Source: Vitreimonas sp.
GTDB taxonomy: Bacteria; Patescibacteriota; Microgenomatia; UBA1400; PJMF01
Length of the DNA stretch: 64,000 bases
Reading direction: 5' to 3'
Assembly (NCBI GenBank): GCA_035627515.1
Contig: DASPLQ010000012.1
Location: 567,558 to 631,557, forward strand
Shown: positions 19,365-29,325 of the stretch, piece after piece
Layout of the letters: each line of letters starts with the position of its first letter
How positions within the stretch are numbered: position 1 is the stretch's first letter
Notes under the pieces: generated by a model
Databases searched by the model: none
What the model saw: the letters and a program-made list of their open reading frames with translations, nothing else
Told to the model about the DNA's origin: nothing
Position numbers and translations under genes: made by a program

Positions 19365-21329
19365 ATGGCAAATACTACAGGCAAAATTATTGGTATTGAT
19401 TTAGGGACCACTAACTCGGCGATTGCTGTGATGGAAGGTGGTTCACCCAAAGTCATCCCGACCGCAGAAGGCCGGAACACTTTTCCCTCAATTGTATCAT
19501 TTAAAGGTGATGAGGTGACCGTAGGTGACGTGGCTAAACGCCAAATGGTGTTAAATCCCAAAGCCACTGTTAACTCAGTCAAACGGTTCATGGGTCGTAA
19601 GCTCAAAGATAAAGCTGTCCAAGCGGCTATCAAACACGTTGCTTACACTATTACCGAAGGTAAAGATGGCATGGCCGTGGTAGAGGTCAACGGTAAAAAA
19701 TACACTCCTCAGGAAATTTCCGCCAAGATTTTAGCCAAAGCTAAAGCTGACGCTGAGTCATATTTAGGTTCACCGGTCACCCGCGCAGTGATTACGGTGC
19801 CGGCTTACTTTGATGACTCCCAGCGCCAAGCCACGAAACAAGCTGGTGAGATCGCAGGCTTGACGGTGGAGCGGATTGTCAACGAACCGACCGCCGCCGC
19901 CTTGGCTTACGGTTTAGATAAAAAAGGCAGTGCTACCATTGCTGTTTATGACATGGGTGGTGGTACCTTCGACATCTCTATTTTAGAAATTGGTGACGGC
20001 GTATTTGAAGTCAAATCTACCAACGGTGACACCTTCTTAGGAGGCGATGACTTTGATAACAAAATTATTGACTGGATTATTGCTGAATTTAAGAAAGATC
20101 AAGGCAAAGATTTAGCCAAAGATTCCCAAGCTTTGCAACGCGTCAAAGACGCTGCTGAGAAAGCTAAGATTGAGTTATCCTCAGCTCAACAAAGTGAGAT
20201 TAACTTGCCGTTTATTGCTCAAGGTGAGGACGGCCAAGCTTTGCACCTGACGATGAGTATGAGTCGCGCCAAGCTCGAAGAGTTAGTAGACGAGTTAATC
20301 ACACAAAGTTTTGAGCCGGTCCAAAAAGCCCTCAAAGACGCGGGTGTAAAAGCCAGCGACATCAATGAAGTGGTGTTAGTAGGCGGCATGACACGGATGC
20401 CTAAGATTCAAGAAGAAGTCAAAAAATTCTTTGGCAAAGAGCCGCATAAGGGCGTTAACCCAGATGAAGTCGTTGCGATTGGTGCCGCTATTCAAGCCGG
20501 TGTGATTGGTGGCGATGTGACCGATGTGGTCTTGCTGGATGTAACACCTTTGACATTGGGTATCGAAACACTTGGTGGTATCCGGACGCCATTAATCGAG
20601 CGCAACACCACTATCCCGACCAGTAAATCCCAAGTCTTTTCTACAGCCGCCGATAACCAAACTCAGGTCGAGATCAATGTCCTGCAAGGTGAGCGTGAGA
20701 TGGCTGCTGATAACAAGAGCTTAGGCCGGTTCATTTTGGATGGTATCCCACCTGCGATGCGTGGTATGCCTCAAGTAGAAGTGACCTTTGATATCGACTC
20801 GAATGGTATCTTGAATGTCACTGCCAAAGATAAAACTTCTGGCAAAGAGCAAAAAATTTCTATCCAAAACTCCACCAATTTATCGGAAGAAGAAGTGGAG
20901 CGGATGAAGGCCGATGCTGAGAAACACGCTGAGGAAGACAAACTCAAAAAAGAAACGATCGAAGCCAAAAACCAAGCCACCAGTGTTGCTTTTGAGCTGG
21001 AAAAACAACTCAAAGAGTATGGTGACAAGGTCAGCGATGACGATCGAAAAGAGATCGAAGAGAATGTCAAAAAACTCAAAGAGTTAGCGCAAAAAGATGA
21101 TGCTACTAAAGATGAGTTGAGCAAAGCTACTGAGGAAACCTTCAAGTCTGCCCAAAAGCTCGGCGAAGCGATGCAAAAAGCTAATGCTGCTAATCAAACT
21201 GCTGGCGCAGCCGGTGGTCCAGAAGCTGCCGGTGCCGCTGATGAAGCTGGTGCAGGTGGTTCTGAGGGCAAAAAAGGTAAGAAAAAAGCTGATAAAGACG
21301 AAGCCGAAGAAGGTGAAGTCGTAAATTAA
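19365..21329 (+). CDS. dnaK: molecular chaperone DnaK (Hsp70)
   Basis: [18 protein letters not shown], and a substrate-binding domain plus Gly/acidic tail. Confidence 0.95.
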   Translation: MANTTGKIIGIDLGTTNSAIAVMEGGSPKVIPTAEGRNTFPSIVSFKGDEVTVGDVAKRQMVLNPKATVNSVKRFMGRKLKDKAVQAAIKHVAYTITEGKDGMAVVEVNGKKYTPQEISAKILAKAKADAESYLGSPVTRAVITVPAYFDDSQRQATKQAGEIAGLTVERIVNEPTAAALAYGLDKKGSATIAVYDMGGGTFDISILEIGDGVFEVKSTNGDTFLGGDDFDNKIIDWIIAEFKKDQGKDLAKDSQALQRVKDAAEKAKIELSSAQQSEINLPFIAQGEDGQALHLTMSMSRAKLEELVDELITQSFEPVQKALKDAGVKASDINEVVLVGGMTRMPKIQEEVKKFFGKEPHKGVNPDEVVAIGAAIQAGVIGGDVTDVVLLDVTPLTLGIETLGGIRTPLIERNTTIPTSKSQVFSTAADNQTQVEINVLQGEREMAADNKSLGRFILDGIPPAMRGMPQVEVTFDIDSNGILNVTAKDKTSGKEQKISIQNSTNLSEEEVERMKADAEKHAEEDKLKKETIEAKNQATSVAFELEKQLKEYGDKVSDDDRKEIEENVKKLKELAQKDDATKDELSKATEETFKSAQKLGEAMQKANAANQTAGAAGGPEAAGAADEAGAGGSEGKKGKKKADKDEAEEGEVVN

Positions 21330-21343
21330 GCATTAAGTCCATT

Positions 21344-21375
21344 GAAAAAAGCGGAGGTCGTATGGCTTCCGCTTT
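21344..21375 (+). terminator. intrinsic terminator downstream of dnaK
   Basis: GCGGAGG...CTTCCGC stem followed by a T-run. Confidence 0.5.
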
Positions 21376-21376
21376 T

Positions 21377-21826
21377 TGGTTTTGCGGGTTTTTTATTTCT
21401 CTGTAAGGTGTTTCTAGGTTAGGCGGCGGGTAGTTTTTTTGCATGGGGGCTGGGTGAGGTATGTGTCTAAACACCCATAAAAGTCCGTGGCATATTTGTG
21501 CCACGATCGTGCACTAATTATGTCACTGTAGAAATGAGGTTCTGATGAGGAGTGTGTCAGCGAGAGGGTCATTTGTTGAGCTCATAGTTTTTGGCTTGTA
21601 TGAATAGTGGCAAAAATCATACAATTGACACAGAACTTCCTTTTAAGAAAGAGACCTTAGCGGGCACCCCCCTTCACAAACCTCTTTTTTATTCATTGTG
21701 CGTTTATTAACAAAAACCGCACAACCTTCACAAAGTTCACTTTTTGAGCAACCACTATCAAACAAAAAAAGATCAGCTCCTTTTTTCACACCCCTTGAGA
21801 AACCTTCTTAAAGGCCGTTCAACATG
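21377..21826. repeat. intergenic repeat family, copy 2 (most complete, about 450 bp, modular)
   Basis: Contains module A (TTTCTCTGTAAGGTGTTTCTAGG ... GGTGAGGTATGT...AAAAGTCCGTGGCATA...TATGTCAC) and module B (TTGTATGAATAGTGGCAAAAATCATACAA hairpin ... TTATTAACAAAAA ... CTTAAAGGCC); aligned by eye to the copies at 16136, 29058 and 47784. Confidence 0.75.
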
Positions 21827-22104
21827 AGCCATCACTGCAGAAGTTCCCCTGGACACACGTCATTGCAGTCAAAACGTACAGTTTGTACACACCCCAGGCA
21901 GACTTTTGCAGCGTTCTTGTTATAATCACGATTACAAGGAGTGGTATGCCAAAGAAACCAGAGATTTTTCGCCCGGGGTTTAACAGAGGTCATGGAGGTC
22001 GAGAATGACACTCAACCCTGGCAATTGGCAGACATAAATACCTTCTTATCCAAGCGTTTTAAACTACTTTGGCCCGGCATTAAATACGTTATAATCACCA
22101 CCAC

Positions 22105-22779
22105 ATGAAATTATCGGTCATCGTCCCAGTCTATAACGAAGAAGCCACAGTGCGAGAGATTTTGCAGCGTTTAATTGCGATCCGTGACGTCAAAGAAATT
22201 GTGGTGGTCAATGATGGTTCCACTGACCGCACCGCCCGCGAGCTCAAAAAAATCAAACACCGCAAACTCAAGTTGTTTACCAAAGAGAACGGGGGTAAAG
22301 GCAGTGCCATTCGTTATGGCCTTACGAAAGTGACGGGCGATTATGTGCTGATTCAAGATGCTGATTTGGAGTATGATCCCGCCGATATTCCGATGCTGGT
22401 CGAGCCGATCAAACGCGATCGGGCCCACGTGGTCTATGGCTCACGCTTTTTGGGACCCCACTCTAATCTCCTTTTTTGGCATCGCAAGGGCAATGATTTT
22501 CTCAACTTCGTCACTAATGTCTTATATAACACCACTTTGTCCGATATGGAGACGTGTTACAAAGTCATGCCGACACAGCTATTTCGGCAATTAAACATCA
22601 CTGCCAATAAGTTTGATATCGAACCCGAAATTACCTGCAAATTACTGAAACGGGGAGTGTATATCTATGAAGTGCCCATTAGTTATGTGGGACGCGACTT
22701 CACCCAAGGCAAGAAAATTACCTGGCGCGATGGCTTGGACGCCTTGTGGGTCATCCTGCGCCATCGCTTTTTACCCTAG
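22105..22779 (+). CDS. glycosyltransferase family 2 (polyprenol-phosphate sugar transferase-like)
   Basis: VIVPVYNEE ... NDGSTD ... DxD (QDADLEYD) motifs of GT-A. Confidence 0.8.
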   Translation: MKLSVIVPVYNEEATVREILQRLIAIRDVKEIVVVNDGSTDRTARELKKIKHRKLKLFTKENGGKGSAIRYGLTKVTGDYVLIQDADLEYDPADIPMLVEPIKRDRAHVVYGSRFLGPHSNLLFWHRKGNDFLNFVTNVLYNTTLSDMETCYKVMPTQLFRQLNITANKFDIEPEITCKLLKRGVYIYEVPISYVGRDFTQGKKITWRDGLDALWVILRHRFLP

Positions 22780-22822
22780 TCCGCCAGCGGCCACTGGCCA
22801 AAATATGATAGGATGATGCCTT

Positions 22823-23389
22823 GTGTCGATGCAAGGTTTCGAACCACTATTTCAAGAATTGCGCTTGTGGAAAGTTGGACCCTATATTCCCGCTGATTGC
22901 GTGCTGGTTGATTTAGGGTGTGATGAAGAAATGACGCTGCTCAAGCGTTGGCAGCCCAAACTCACCAAAGGTATTGGCATTGATATCGTGGTCGAACCTC
23001 AACAGATCGATAATATCGAGATTATTCAGGCTGATATCACTCAACGGTTACCTCTCAAATCAAACACAGCTGACGTTGTCACGATGCTGGCAGTTCTTGA
23101 ACACTTACCCAATCCGGAGCAAGTACTCAAAGAAGCTTTTAGAATTCTCAAGCCCGGTGGTATTTTTCTCGTCACCGTACCGTCAGCCCACAGTCAGCCA
23201 CTCCTGGAAATGCTTGCCAAGATTAACGTAGTTCGCCAGGAAATGGTCGATCAACATCACAATTACTTCACTCATCAACAGTTACATCACATTACGGCGG
23301 CCGCGGGTTTTGACGAGATTTTTATTGAAAGCTGGGAACTGGGTTGTAACACCTTCATGCGCGCCACCAAACCGAGTAAATCCAGTTAG
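22823..23389 (+). CDS. class I SAM-dependent methyltransferase
   Basis: Motif I VLVDLGCD and motif post-II LKPGGIFLVTVP (methyltransferase type 11-like). Confidence 0.7.
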   Translation: MSMQGFEPLFQELRLWKVGPYIPADCVLVDLGCDEEMTLLKRWQPKLTKGIGIDIVVEPQQIDNIEIIQADITQRLPLKSNTADVVTMLAVLEHLPNPEQVLKEAFRILKPGGIFLVTVPSAHSQPLLEMLAKINVVRQEMVDQHHNYFTHQQLHHITAAAGFDEIFIESWELGCNTFMRATKPSKSS

Positions 23390-23424
23390 CAGAATTGGCA
23401 ACTTTCTGCTAAAATGAGCAACGT

Positions 23425-24285
23425 ATGCCGACGAAACGCGATTACTACGAAATTTTAGGAGTCACGAAAACTGCTACCGAGGCCGAGATTAAATCGGCGT
23501 ATCGGAAGATGGCTCTCAAGTTTCATCCCGACAAAAATAAAGCCGCTGACGCTGAAGAGAAATTCAAAGAAATCAACCAAGCCTATCAAATTTTATCTGA
23601 TAAACAAAAACGCCAAACCTATGACCAATTTGGTCATGCTGCTTTTGATCCCGCTAGTGGGATGGGCGGTAATCCTTTCAGTGGAGGCTTTGGCACTGGT
23701 GGGCCATTTACCTGGACATACTCTACTAATGCTGGGGGACCTAACCCTTTTGAGAATGTTGATTTTGGTGACCCTTTTGAAATTTTTGAGTCATTTTTTG
23801 GCGGTGGTTTCGCCCGGACAGCACGCAGGCCGCGGTATAGTTTGACGATCGATTTTATGGAGGCTGTGTTAGGCACTGAGAAAAAAGTTACTATCGAAGG
23901 TAAGCCTCACACTATCAAAGTTCCCGCTGGCGCCAACGATGGGACACGAATTCGGTTTGAAGAGTTTGACGTCACGATCGACGTCAAGCCACACGACCGT
24001 TTTCAACGTGAGGGCTATGATCTGTATTACGATGAAAAAATTTCTTTCACTATTGCCGCGTTGGGAGGGACCGTGGAAGTTCCTACTGTTACTGATAAAC
24101 TCAAACTCAAAGTCCGGCCTGGTACGCAATCTCACACCTTAGTGCGATTACGCGGCGAAGGCGTCCAGCATCTGCAAGGCAGAGGTAAAGGTGATTTATA
24201 TGTCCGGTTGATGGTAGAAGTCCCCGAAAAGCTCAGCCGTGAACAAAAACAAGCGCTGGAAGCTCTCCAAGGCACTGGCTTGTAG
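23425..24285 (+). CDS. DnaJ-family co-chaperone, type II (J-domain plus G/F region plus C-terminal domains; no Cys-rich zinc finger)
   Basis: DYYEILGV ... KFHPDKN (HPD motif) and a Gly/Phe-rich linker; no CxxCxGxG repeats. Confidence 0.75.
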   Translation: MPTKRDYYEILGVTKTATEAEIKSAYRKMALKFHPDKNKAADAEEKFKEINQAYQILSDKQKRQTYDQFGHAAFDPASGMGGNPFSGGFGTGGPFTWTYSTNAGGPNPFENVDFGDPFEIFESFFGGGFARTARRPRYSLTIDFMEAVLGTEKKVTIEGKPHTIKVPAGANDGTRIRFEEFDVTIDVKPHDRFQREGYDLYYDEKISFTIAALGGTVEVPTVTDKLKLKVRPGTQSHTLVRLRGEGVQHLQGRGKGDLYVRLMVEVPEKLSREQKQALEALQGTGL

Positions 24286-24327
24286 TCAAGGCTACAGATT
24301 GATTCTCCAGAATAAACGTAGTAAGGT

Positions 24328-24672
24328 GTGGACATGAGATGGTGGCATGTCGTGGTACTAATAATCTTGGCTACTGGAGGAGCACTTTTTCCAGTGACGG
24401 TCACTGCGGCTGTGCCCAACCTAAAGCAAATTGAAGATCAAGTTAAAAAAACTGTCGAAGAACGCAAACACATTCCACTCGATCAGCGCTTGCCTCAGTT
24501 TTCACCCTCTCCGTCACCAACTCCGGCTAGTTTTTTTACTTTTGCTGCGCCTAGTCCTGCTCCCAAGCCCGTTGCCCCCACCGCCCCGGATGCCACGCTT
24601 TATTCTTGGTTGGGTGGTCGGATTGAAGTACGTCGCCAGACCGGTCAGCTCTACCTCAGTGTGCGCTGGTAA
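24328..24672 (+). CDS. secreted Pro-rich hypothetical protein
   Basis: Signal-peptide-like N-terminus and PSPSPTPA...APSPAPKPVAPTAP low-complexity region. Confidence 0.4.
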   Translation: MDMRWWHVVVLIILATGGALFPVTVTAAVPNLKQIEDQVKKTVEERKHIPLDQRLPQFSPSPSPTPASFFTFAAPSPAPKPVAPTAPDATLYSWLGGRIEVRRQTGQLYLSVRW

Positions 24673-24729
24673 CTCTAAATAGCTTGATTCACCATTTTTA
24701 TTTGCTCCTTGAGGAAATTTCTCAACACA

Positions 24730-24757
24730 TGTTATATAATATGTAATTATTACATAT
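24730..24757 (+). promoter_or_regulatory. extended -10 (TGtTATATA) overlapping a perfect 19-bp palindrome ATATGTAAT-T-ATTACATAT that covers the start codon at 24756
   Basis: Perfect dyad symmetry read directly from the sequence; candidate operator plus a near-leaderless promoter. Confidence 0.5.
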
Positions 24758-25718
24758 GTCAAACGTGTCTGAAATTTTACAGTATGATGCTCATCCTTTG
24801 CTCTCGGCAGAGCAGACAGCCTATGAGTACTATACGTTTCCTTTGCTGGGGCACGGAGATTACTCGCGGGTTTACTTAGGAAGAAACAAAGAAACTGGAC
24901 AGCTGGTAGCCATCAAAGCTATTTCGCCTCACGCTGGTCCAGGTGCCAGTGAGCTCTTGACCACCGAGGCCGAGGCTTTGCAGATGCTGCAACCAGGTGG
25001 GTCAGTTGTCAAATTACAGGATGTAATTTACTATCCACACACCAGTTCTTCTGATCGCCCACAAGTCCAATTTTTAATTTTAGAGTTACTTGAAGGCTCG
25101 GAAGAGCTCTTTAATAAAGCTTTCTTAGATCAAATTTTAATAGCCGCTCAGGAAGCCAACACTTACATTCCGTTGGATACGGTCTTTGAGATTTTCAGTC
25201 AGGTGGTTGATGCCTGGGGTCAAGCCTGGTCACATAATATTGATATTCGTGAACTCAAGACTTCTAGTATTGGAGTGATTAACGGTCAAGTTAAGCTTGC
25301 CGACTTTAATCAGGCCGTGCCGGTGGGCACCCCTTATCAACAGCTGGTCGGCTCTCCATATTATTTCTCTCCAGAACAAGCCGCTGGCCAATCACCTACC
25401 GAGCACAGTTACGTGTTTATTTTAGCGACGATTTTGTATGAGCTGCTGACCAATGAAAAACTTTTTAGCCCTCCGCTGGATGCTGAGACCCCAGAAAATC
25501 CTAATGCCGTATTATTGAGAGTTTACCAGGCAGTCGGTGTGGCGGAAAAAATGACGACCCTGATCGATATACTAAAAAATCGCAATTTTGATCAAGCTGA
25601 AACACTTGCAAAGGTACTCCTTCAAGCTCTAGCGCGGCATCCCGCTCAGCGCTTTGAGCACCCAGCAGAACTGAAAGCCAAAGTGCGGGCAGTTTTTCAA
25701 CCCGCTGCCACCAGATAG
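24756..25718 (+). CDS. protein kinase-like domain protein (divergent catalytic loop; possible pseudokinase)
   Basis: Gly-loop GHGDYSRV, VAIK lysine, DFN in place of DFG, SPE (APE-like); the HRDLKPEN catalytic loop is degenerate (HNIDIRELK). Confidence 0.45.
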   Translation: MSNVSEILQYDAHPLLSAEQTAYEYYTFPLLGHGDYSRVYLGRNKETGQLVAIKAISPHAGPGASELLTTEAEALQMLQPGGSVVKLQDVIYYPHTSSSDRPQVQFLILELLEGSEELFNKAFLDQILIAAQEANTYIPLDTVFEIFSQVVDAWGQAWSHNIDIRELKTSSIGVINGQVKLADFNQAVPVGTPYQQLVGSPYYFSPEQAAGQSPTEHSYVFILATILYELLTNEKLFSPPLDAETPENPNAVLLRVYQAVGVAEKMTTLIDILKNRNFDQAETLAKVLLQALARHPAQRFEHPAELKAKVRAVFQPAATR

Positions 25719-25842
25719 ATGTGGTATACTACATCTTGATAAGTTATCCTAAAGTGATATTGTAAGAGAGAGAGTGAGGACAGGCGTGAGTTTGTCCTTT
25801 TTTTATAAGTATTTGTCATCAACAGCGTAGTCAAAGGAATGT

Positions 25843-27105
25843 ATGCAACAACCATCAAGTGCCTTAGCCAGAACTGAGTTTGCCGCCGCTATTGCGCAAA
25901 TTGCTAGCGAACGTAAAATTCCAGCTGAATCAATTTTTGAAGCCATTCGCCAAGCATTAATTTCCGCTTTTCGCAAGCAAATGGGCGATTTAAGTGAAGA
26001 GTTCCATTACTATACGATTTTAAATGAACAAACTGGTGAAGCTCGTATCATGAAAGCACCTATCATCACTCAAGATGAAGAAACCGGTGAAGTGCTAGAG
26101 TGGAACGAGAAAAAAGCCGAAGATGTTACCCCCGCTGGTTTTGGTCGGATTGCTGCTCAAACTGCCAAGCAAGTTATCTTGCAAAAAATTCGCGAATCCG
26201 AGAAAAATCAAGTTATTTCCGATTATACTTCTCGTATGGGTGAGATCGTCAGTGGTCAAATCCTCCGCATGGATGGCCGGATGGTCGTGGTCGACATTGG
26301 TCGTGGCCAAGGTTACATGCCTCCTGAAGAGCAGATGCGCGGTGAGTTCTATAAGATGAACAATCGCATTGCGGTTTTACTCAAAGAAATTCGGGAAAGT
26401 CACCGCGGTCGGATGATCGTTGTTTCTCGCGCCGATAAGCAATTAGTGGCTAAGTTATTTGAGCGAGAAGTGCCTGAAGTTGCTTCTGGGGCTGTGGCCA
26501 TCGTGGCATTGGCTCGTGAAGCTGGTGTCCGGACCAAGTTGGCTGTCAAATCTACTCAAGATGGTGTGGATCCAGTGGGTTCGTGTGTAGGTCAAAAGGG
26601 TGTCCGTGTCCAAGAAGTCATCAAGGAACTCAATAACGAGAAAATCGATATTATTCCTTTTTCTGAGAACCCCGTCACTTTCCTGCAAGGCGCTTTAGCT
26701 CCGGCTGAGAACCTCAAGATTGAGATTGATCAAAAGAATAACAAAGCTATCGTGACTGCTCCTGATGACCAACTGTCATTAGCGATTGGCCGCGGTGGTC
26801 AAAACGTGCGCATGGCTGCCAAGTTAACCGGTTTCCAGATCACCATTAAATCTGCCACTGGGAGTGTGCAATCACACGCTACCGGTGAAGAAGAGTATGA
26901 AATTGATACTTTCAAAGGTTTGGATGAAGAGACGCGCAACGTCTTAATTCAACACAAACTCACCACGGTAGCTGACTTAGCTCGGTTCCGCGATAAATGG
27001 CAAAGCCACACTGATATAGCTGAAGCTCAAAAAGAGCTGTTGGCCAAAAAAGTAGCCGAGTTCGAAAAAGAAGAAGCAGAAAAAGAAGCCGCGAGAGCAG
27101 CTTAG
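25843..27105 (+). CDS. nusA: transcription termination/antitermination factor NusA
   Basis: N-terminal domain, S1 domain, two KH domains (GRGGQNVRMAAKLTG), and a C-terminal acidic extension. Confidence 0.9.
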   Translation: MQQPSSALARTEFAAAIAQIASERKIPAESIFEAIRQALISAFRKQMGDLSEEFHYYTILNEQTGEARIMKAPIITQDEETGEVLEWNEKKAEDVTPAGFGRIAAQTAKQVILQKIRESEKNQVISDYTSRMGEIVSGQILRMDGRMVVVDIGRGQGYMPPEEQMRGEFYKMNNRIAVLLKEIRESHRGRMIVVSRADKQLVAKLFEREVPEVASGAVAIVALAREAGVRTKLAVKSTQDGVDPVGSCVGQKGVRVQEVIKELNNEKIDIIPFSENPVTFLQGALAPAENLKIEIDQKNNKAIVTAPDDQLSLAIGRGGQNVRMAAKLTGFQITIKSATGSVQSHATGEEEYEIDTFKGLDEETRNVLIQHKLTTVADLARFRDKWQSHTDIAEAQKELLAKKVAEFEKEEAEKEAARAA

Positions 27106-27190
27106 GAAAAAATTCAAATTCCAAAATATAAAATTCCAAAATAATGGAATTTAGATTTTTGAAATTTGAGATTTGGAATTTTAAACCATT
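27106..27190 (+). promoter_or_regulatory. dyad-rich AT spacer between nusA and infB (AAATTCCAAA x2 / TTTGGAATTT)
   Basis: Direct and inverted repeats visible in sequence; could form alternative hairpins within the operon transcript. Confidence 0.3.
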
Positions 27191-28654
27191 ATGTCTAACC
27201 AAACACGACCGCCAGTTATTACCATCATGGGTCACGTCGATCACGGCAAGACTTCATTGTTGGATTACATCCGCAAAACCAACGTGGCGGCTCGTGAGTC
27301 CGGTGGCATTACCCAGCACATCGGTGCTTATCAAATCGAGTTTCAAGGCAAAAAATTAACTTTTATCGATACTCCTGGCCATGCAGCCTTCAACAAAATG
27401 CGTGAACGGGGCGCACACCTGACTGACATTGTGGTGTTAGTTGTCGCCGCTGATGATGGTGTCAAACCACAAACTATAGAATCAATCCGTCACATAAAAG
27501 CAAGTAATGTATCAGTCATAGTAGCAATCAATAAAAGTGATCTAAAGAATGTCTATGCAGATGTCGTCAAAGGCCAATTAGTGGAACACGGTATCTTGGT
27601 GAATGGCTTTGGTGGCAGCATTGATGCCATCAATGTCTCAGCCAAAACCGGTGCCGGAGTAGATGAGTTGCTCGATACGTTAGTGGCGATGGCAGAGTTG
27701 AGTGAGCTGAAAGCTGACCCGGCTGCTCCTTTGGAGGCAGTGGTAATTGAATCTACTCTCGATCCTCAACGGGGTGCGGTCGCTAGTGTAATTGTCCAAC
27801 AAGGCACCCTCAAAGTCCGTCAAGATGTCTATGCGGATGACGTTATGGGACGGGTACGGTCTCTGGTCGATGAAAACGGTAAACAATTAAGTGAAGTACT
27901 TCCTGGATCACCAGCGGAGATTATTGGTATGGCTAGTGTACCAGCGGTGGGATCAGTTATCCGCGATCAAGCTGCACAGTATCCTGAGCCAGCCGAGGAC
28001 GCCGAAGGCAGTCCTGCTAAAGCTGCCTCCAACCCCTTTAGCTTAGATTCACTCTTGAATGACAAACCGAAGTTGAAGTTAATTGTCAAAGCTGATGTAG
28101 AAGGCACACTGGAAGCAATTTTACAAAATTTTGATGAAGAGAGTGTCGAGTTGTTAACCACCGGGGTGGGACCAGTCACTGAGGGTGACATCGAGTTAGC
28201 CCAAACTAGTGGAGCAGTCATCTTAGCCTTCCGGGTCAAAGTTCACAACAAGATCAAGGAACAGGCTAAAACAGTGGGGGTTAAAATCAAAGCGTATGAT
28301 GTCATTTATCAATTGATTGAAGATCTCCAAAAACAAATGTTGAAACTGATGGAGCCAACGATCGATGAGGTCATTACCGGCGAAGCCGAAATCTTGCAAA
28401 TTTTCGAAATGCGCGGTGAACGCATTGCTGGTGTGCGCGTCAAAACTGGTGAGATTAAGAAAAATGACTTGCTTCACCTTAAGCGCGGTGACGAGATGGT
28501 CGCTAACCCAGTCATCAAATCTATGATGCACGGTAAAGAAGAAATTTTGATCTTAAAAACCAAGAATGAAGGTGGTTTAACCTTCAAGAATAAGAGCCTC
28601 GACTTCCGAGTCGGCGATACAATTGTGGCGTATAAACTCGAAGATGAGGGCTAG
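27191..28654 (+). CDS. infB: translation initiation factor IF-2 (short form lacking the long N-terminal region)
   Basis: G1 [11 protein letters not shown]3 DTPGH, G4 NKSD; beta-barrel domains follow. Confidence 0.85.
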   Translation: MSNQTRPPVITIMGHVDHGKTSLLDYIRKTNVAARESGGITQHIGAYQIEFQGKKLTFIDTPGHAAFNKMRERGAHLTDIVVLVVAADDGVKPQTIESIRHIKASNVSVIVAINKSDLKNVYADVVKGQLVEHGILVNGFGGSIDAINVSAKTGAGVDELLDTLVAMAELSELKADPAAPLEAVVIESTLDPQRGAVASVIVQQGTLKVRQDVYADDVMGRVRSLVDENGKQLSEVLPGSPAEIIGMASVPAVGSVIRDQAAQYPEPAEDAEGSPAKAASNPFSLDSLLNDKPKLKLIVKADVEGTLEAILQNFDEESVELLTTGVGPVTEGDIELAQTSGAVILAFRVKVHNKIKEQAKTVGVKIKAYDVIYQLIEDLQKQMLKLMEPTIDEVITGEAEILQIFEMRGERIAGVRVKTGEIKKNDLLHLKRGDEMVANPVIKSMMHGKEEILILKTKNEGGLTFKNKSLDFRVGDTIVAYKLEDEG

Positions 28655-28763
28655 TTTCTCTCTGGTGTGATATAATACAAATCTTAAAAAGTAGGTTACT
28701 TTGCATTCTGGTGATAACTCGAGTGTCAAGGGAAAGCCCAAGCTCAGCTTGGTGAAATACCAT

Positions 28764-29033
28764 ATGGCATTAGCCAAAAACCAAAAAACACAAATCATCA
28801 AGGATTATGCCTTGTTTGAAGGTGACACTGGGTCTCCAGAGGTCCAAATCGCCTTATTAACTGCTTCAGTCCAAGAATTAACTGAACATCTCAAAAAACA
28901 TAAAAAAGACAACCACTCTCGTCGTGGTTTGCTGAAACAAGTCTCCAAACGCCGCCGGTTGCTGAACTTCTTGCTTGCCAAAAGTGAAGAGCGCTACCGC
29001 AAGTTGATCGAGCGGTTGGGTTTGACTAAATAA
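28764..29033 (+). CDS. rpsO: 30S ribosomal protein S15
   Basis: 89-aa protein with the conserved S15 helix-bundle sequence ([14 protein letters not shown] ... RRGLL); ATG 28764 chosen within the longer track ORF. Confidence 0.85.
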   Translation: MALAKNQKTQIIKDYALFEGDTGSPEVQIALLTASVQELTEHLKKHKKDNHSRRGLLKQVSKRRRLLNFLLAKSEERYRKLIERLGLTK

Positions 29034-29057
29034 ACTCTGATTTCTAACGAATCTGGT

Positions 29058-29325
29058 AGTAAGAGGGTCTTTTATTGAGTTCATATTTTTTTGTTTGTAT
29101 GAATATTGGCAAAAATCATACAACTGACACAGAACTTCCTTTTAATAGAAAGACCTTAGAGCGTAATTGCCTTCATCAACCTATTTTTTATCCATTGTGC
29201 GATTATTAACAAAAATGGCACAACCTTCAGAAAATTCACTTCCTGAACAAACACTGTCAAACAGAAAAAGATAAAGCGCTTTTTTCAGACCCCTTAAGAA
29301 ATCTTCTTAAAGGCCTTCCATTTAC
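29058..29325. repeat. intergenic repeat family, copy 4 (module B only)
   Basis: AGAGGGTCTTTTATTGAG ... TTGTATGAATATTGGCAAAAATCATACAA ... CTTAAAGGCC; near-identical to 21560-21826. Confidence 0.7.

Noticed and set aside
21190-21504. 104-aa - strand ORF, with similar - strand ORFs at 47650-47913 and 16039-16245, that looked like a conserved small-protein family
   Set aside because: They lie entirely within copies of the intergenic repeat. Differences between copies are scattered and mostly non-synonymous, with no codon periodicity. The protein-level similarity is a by-product of DNA repeat conservation.
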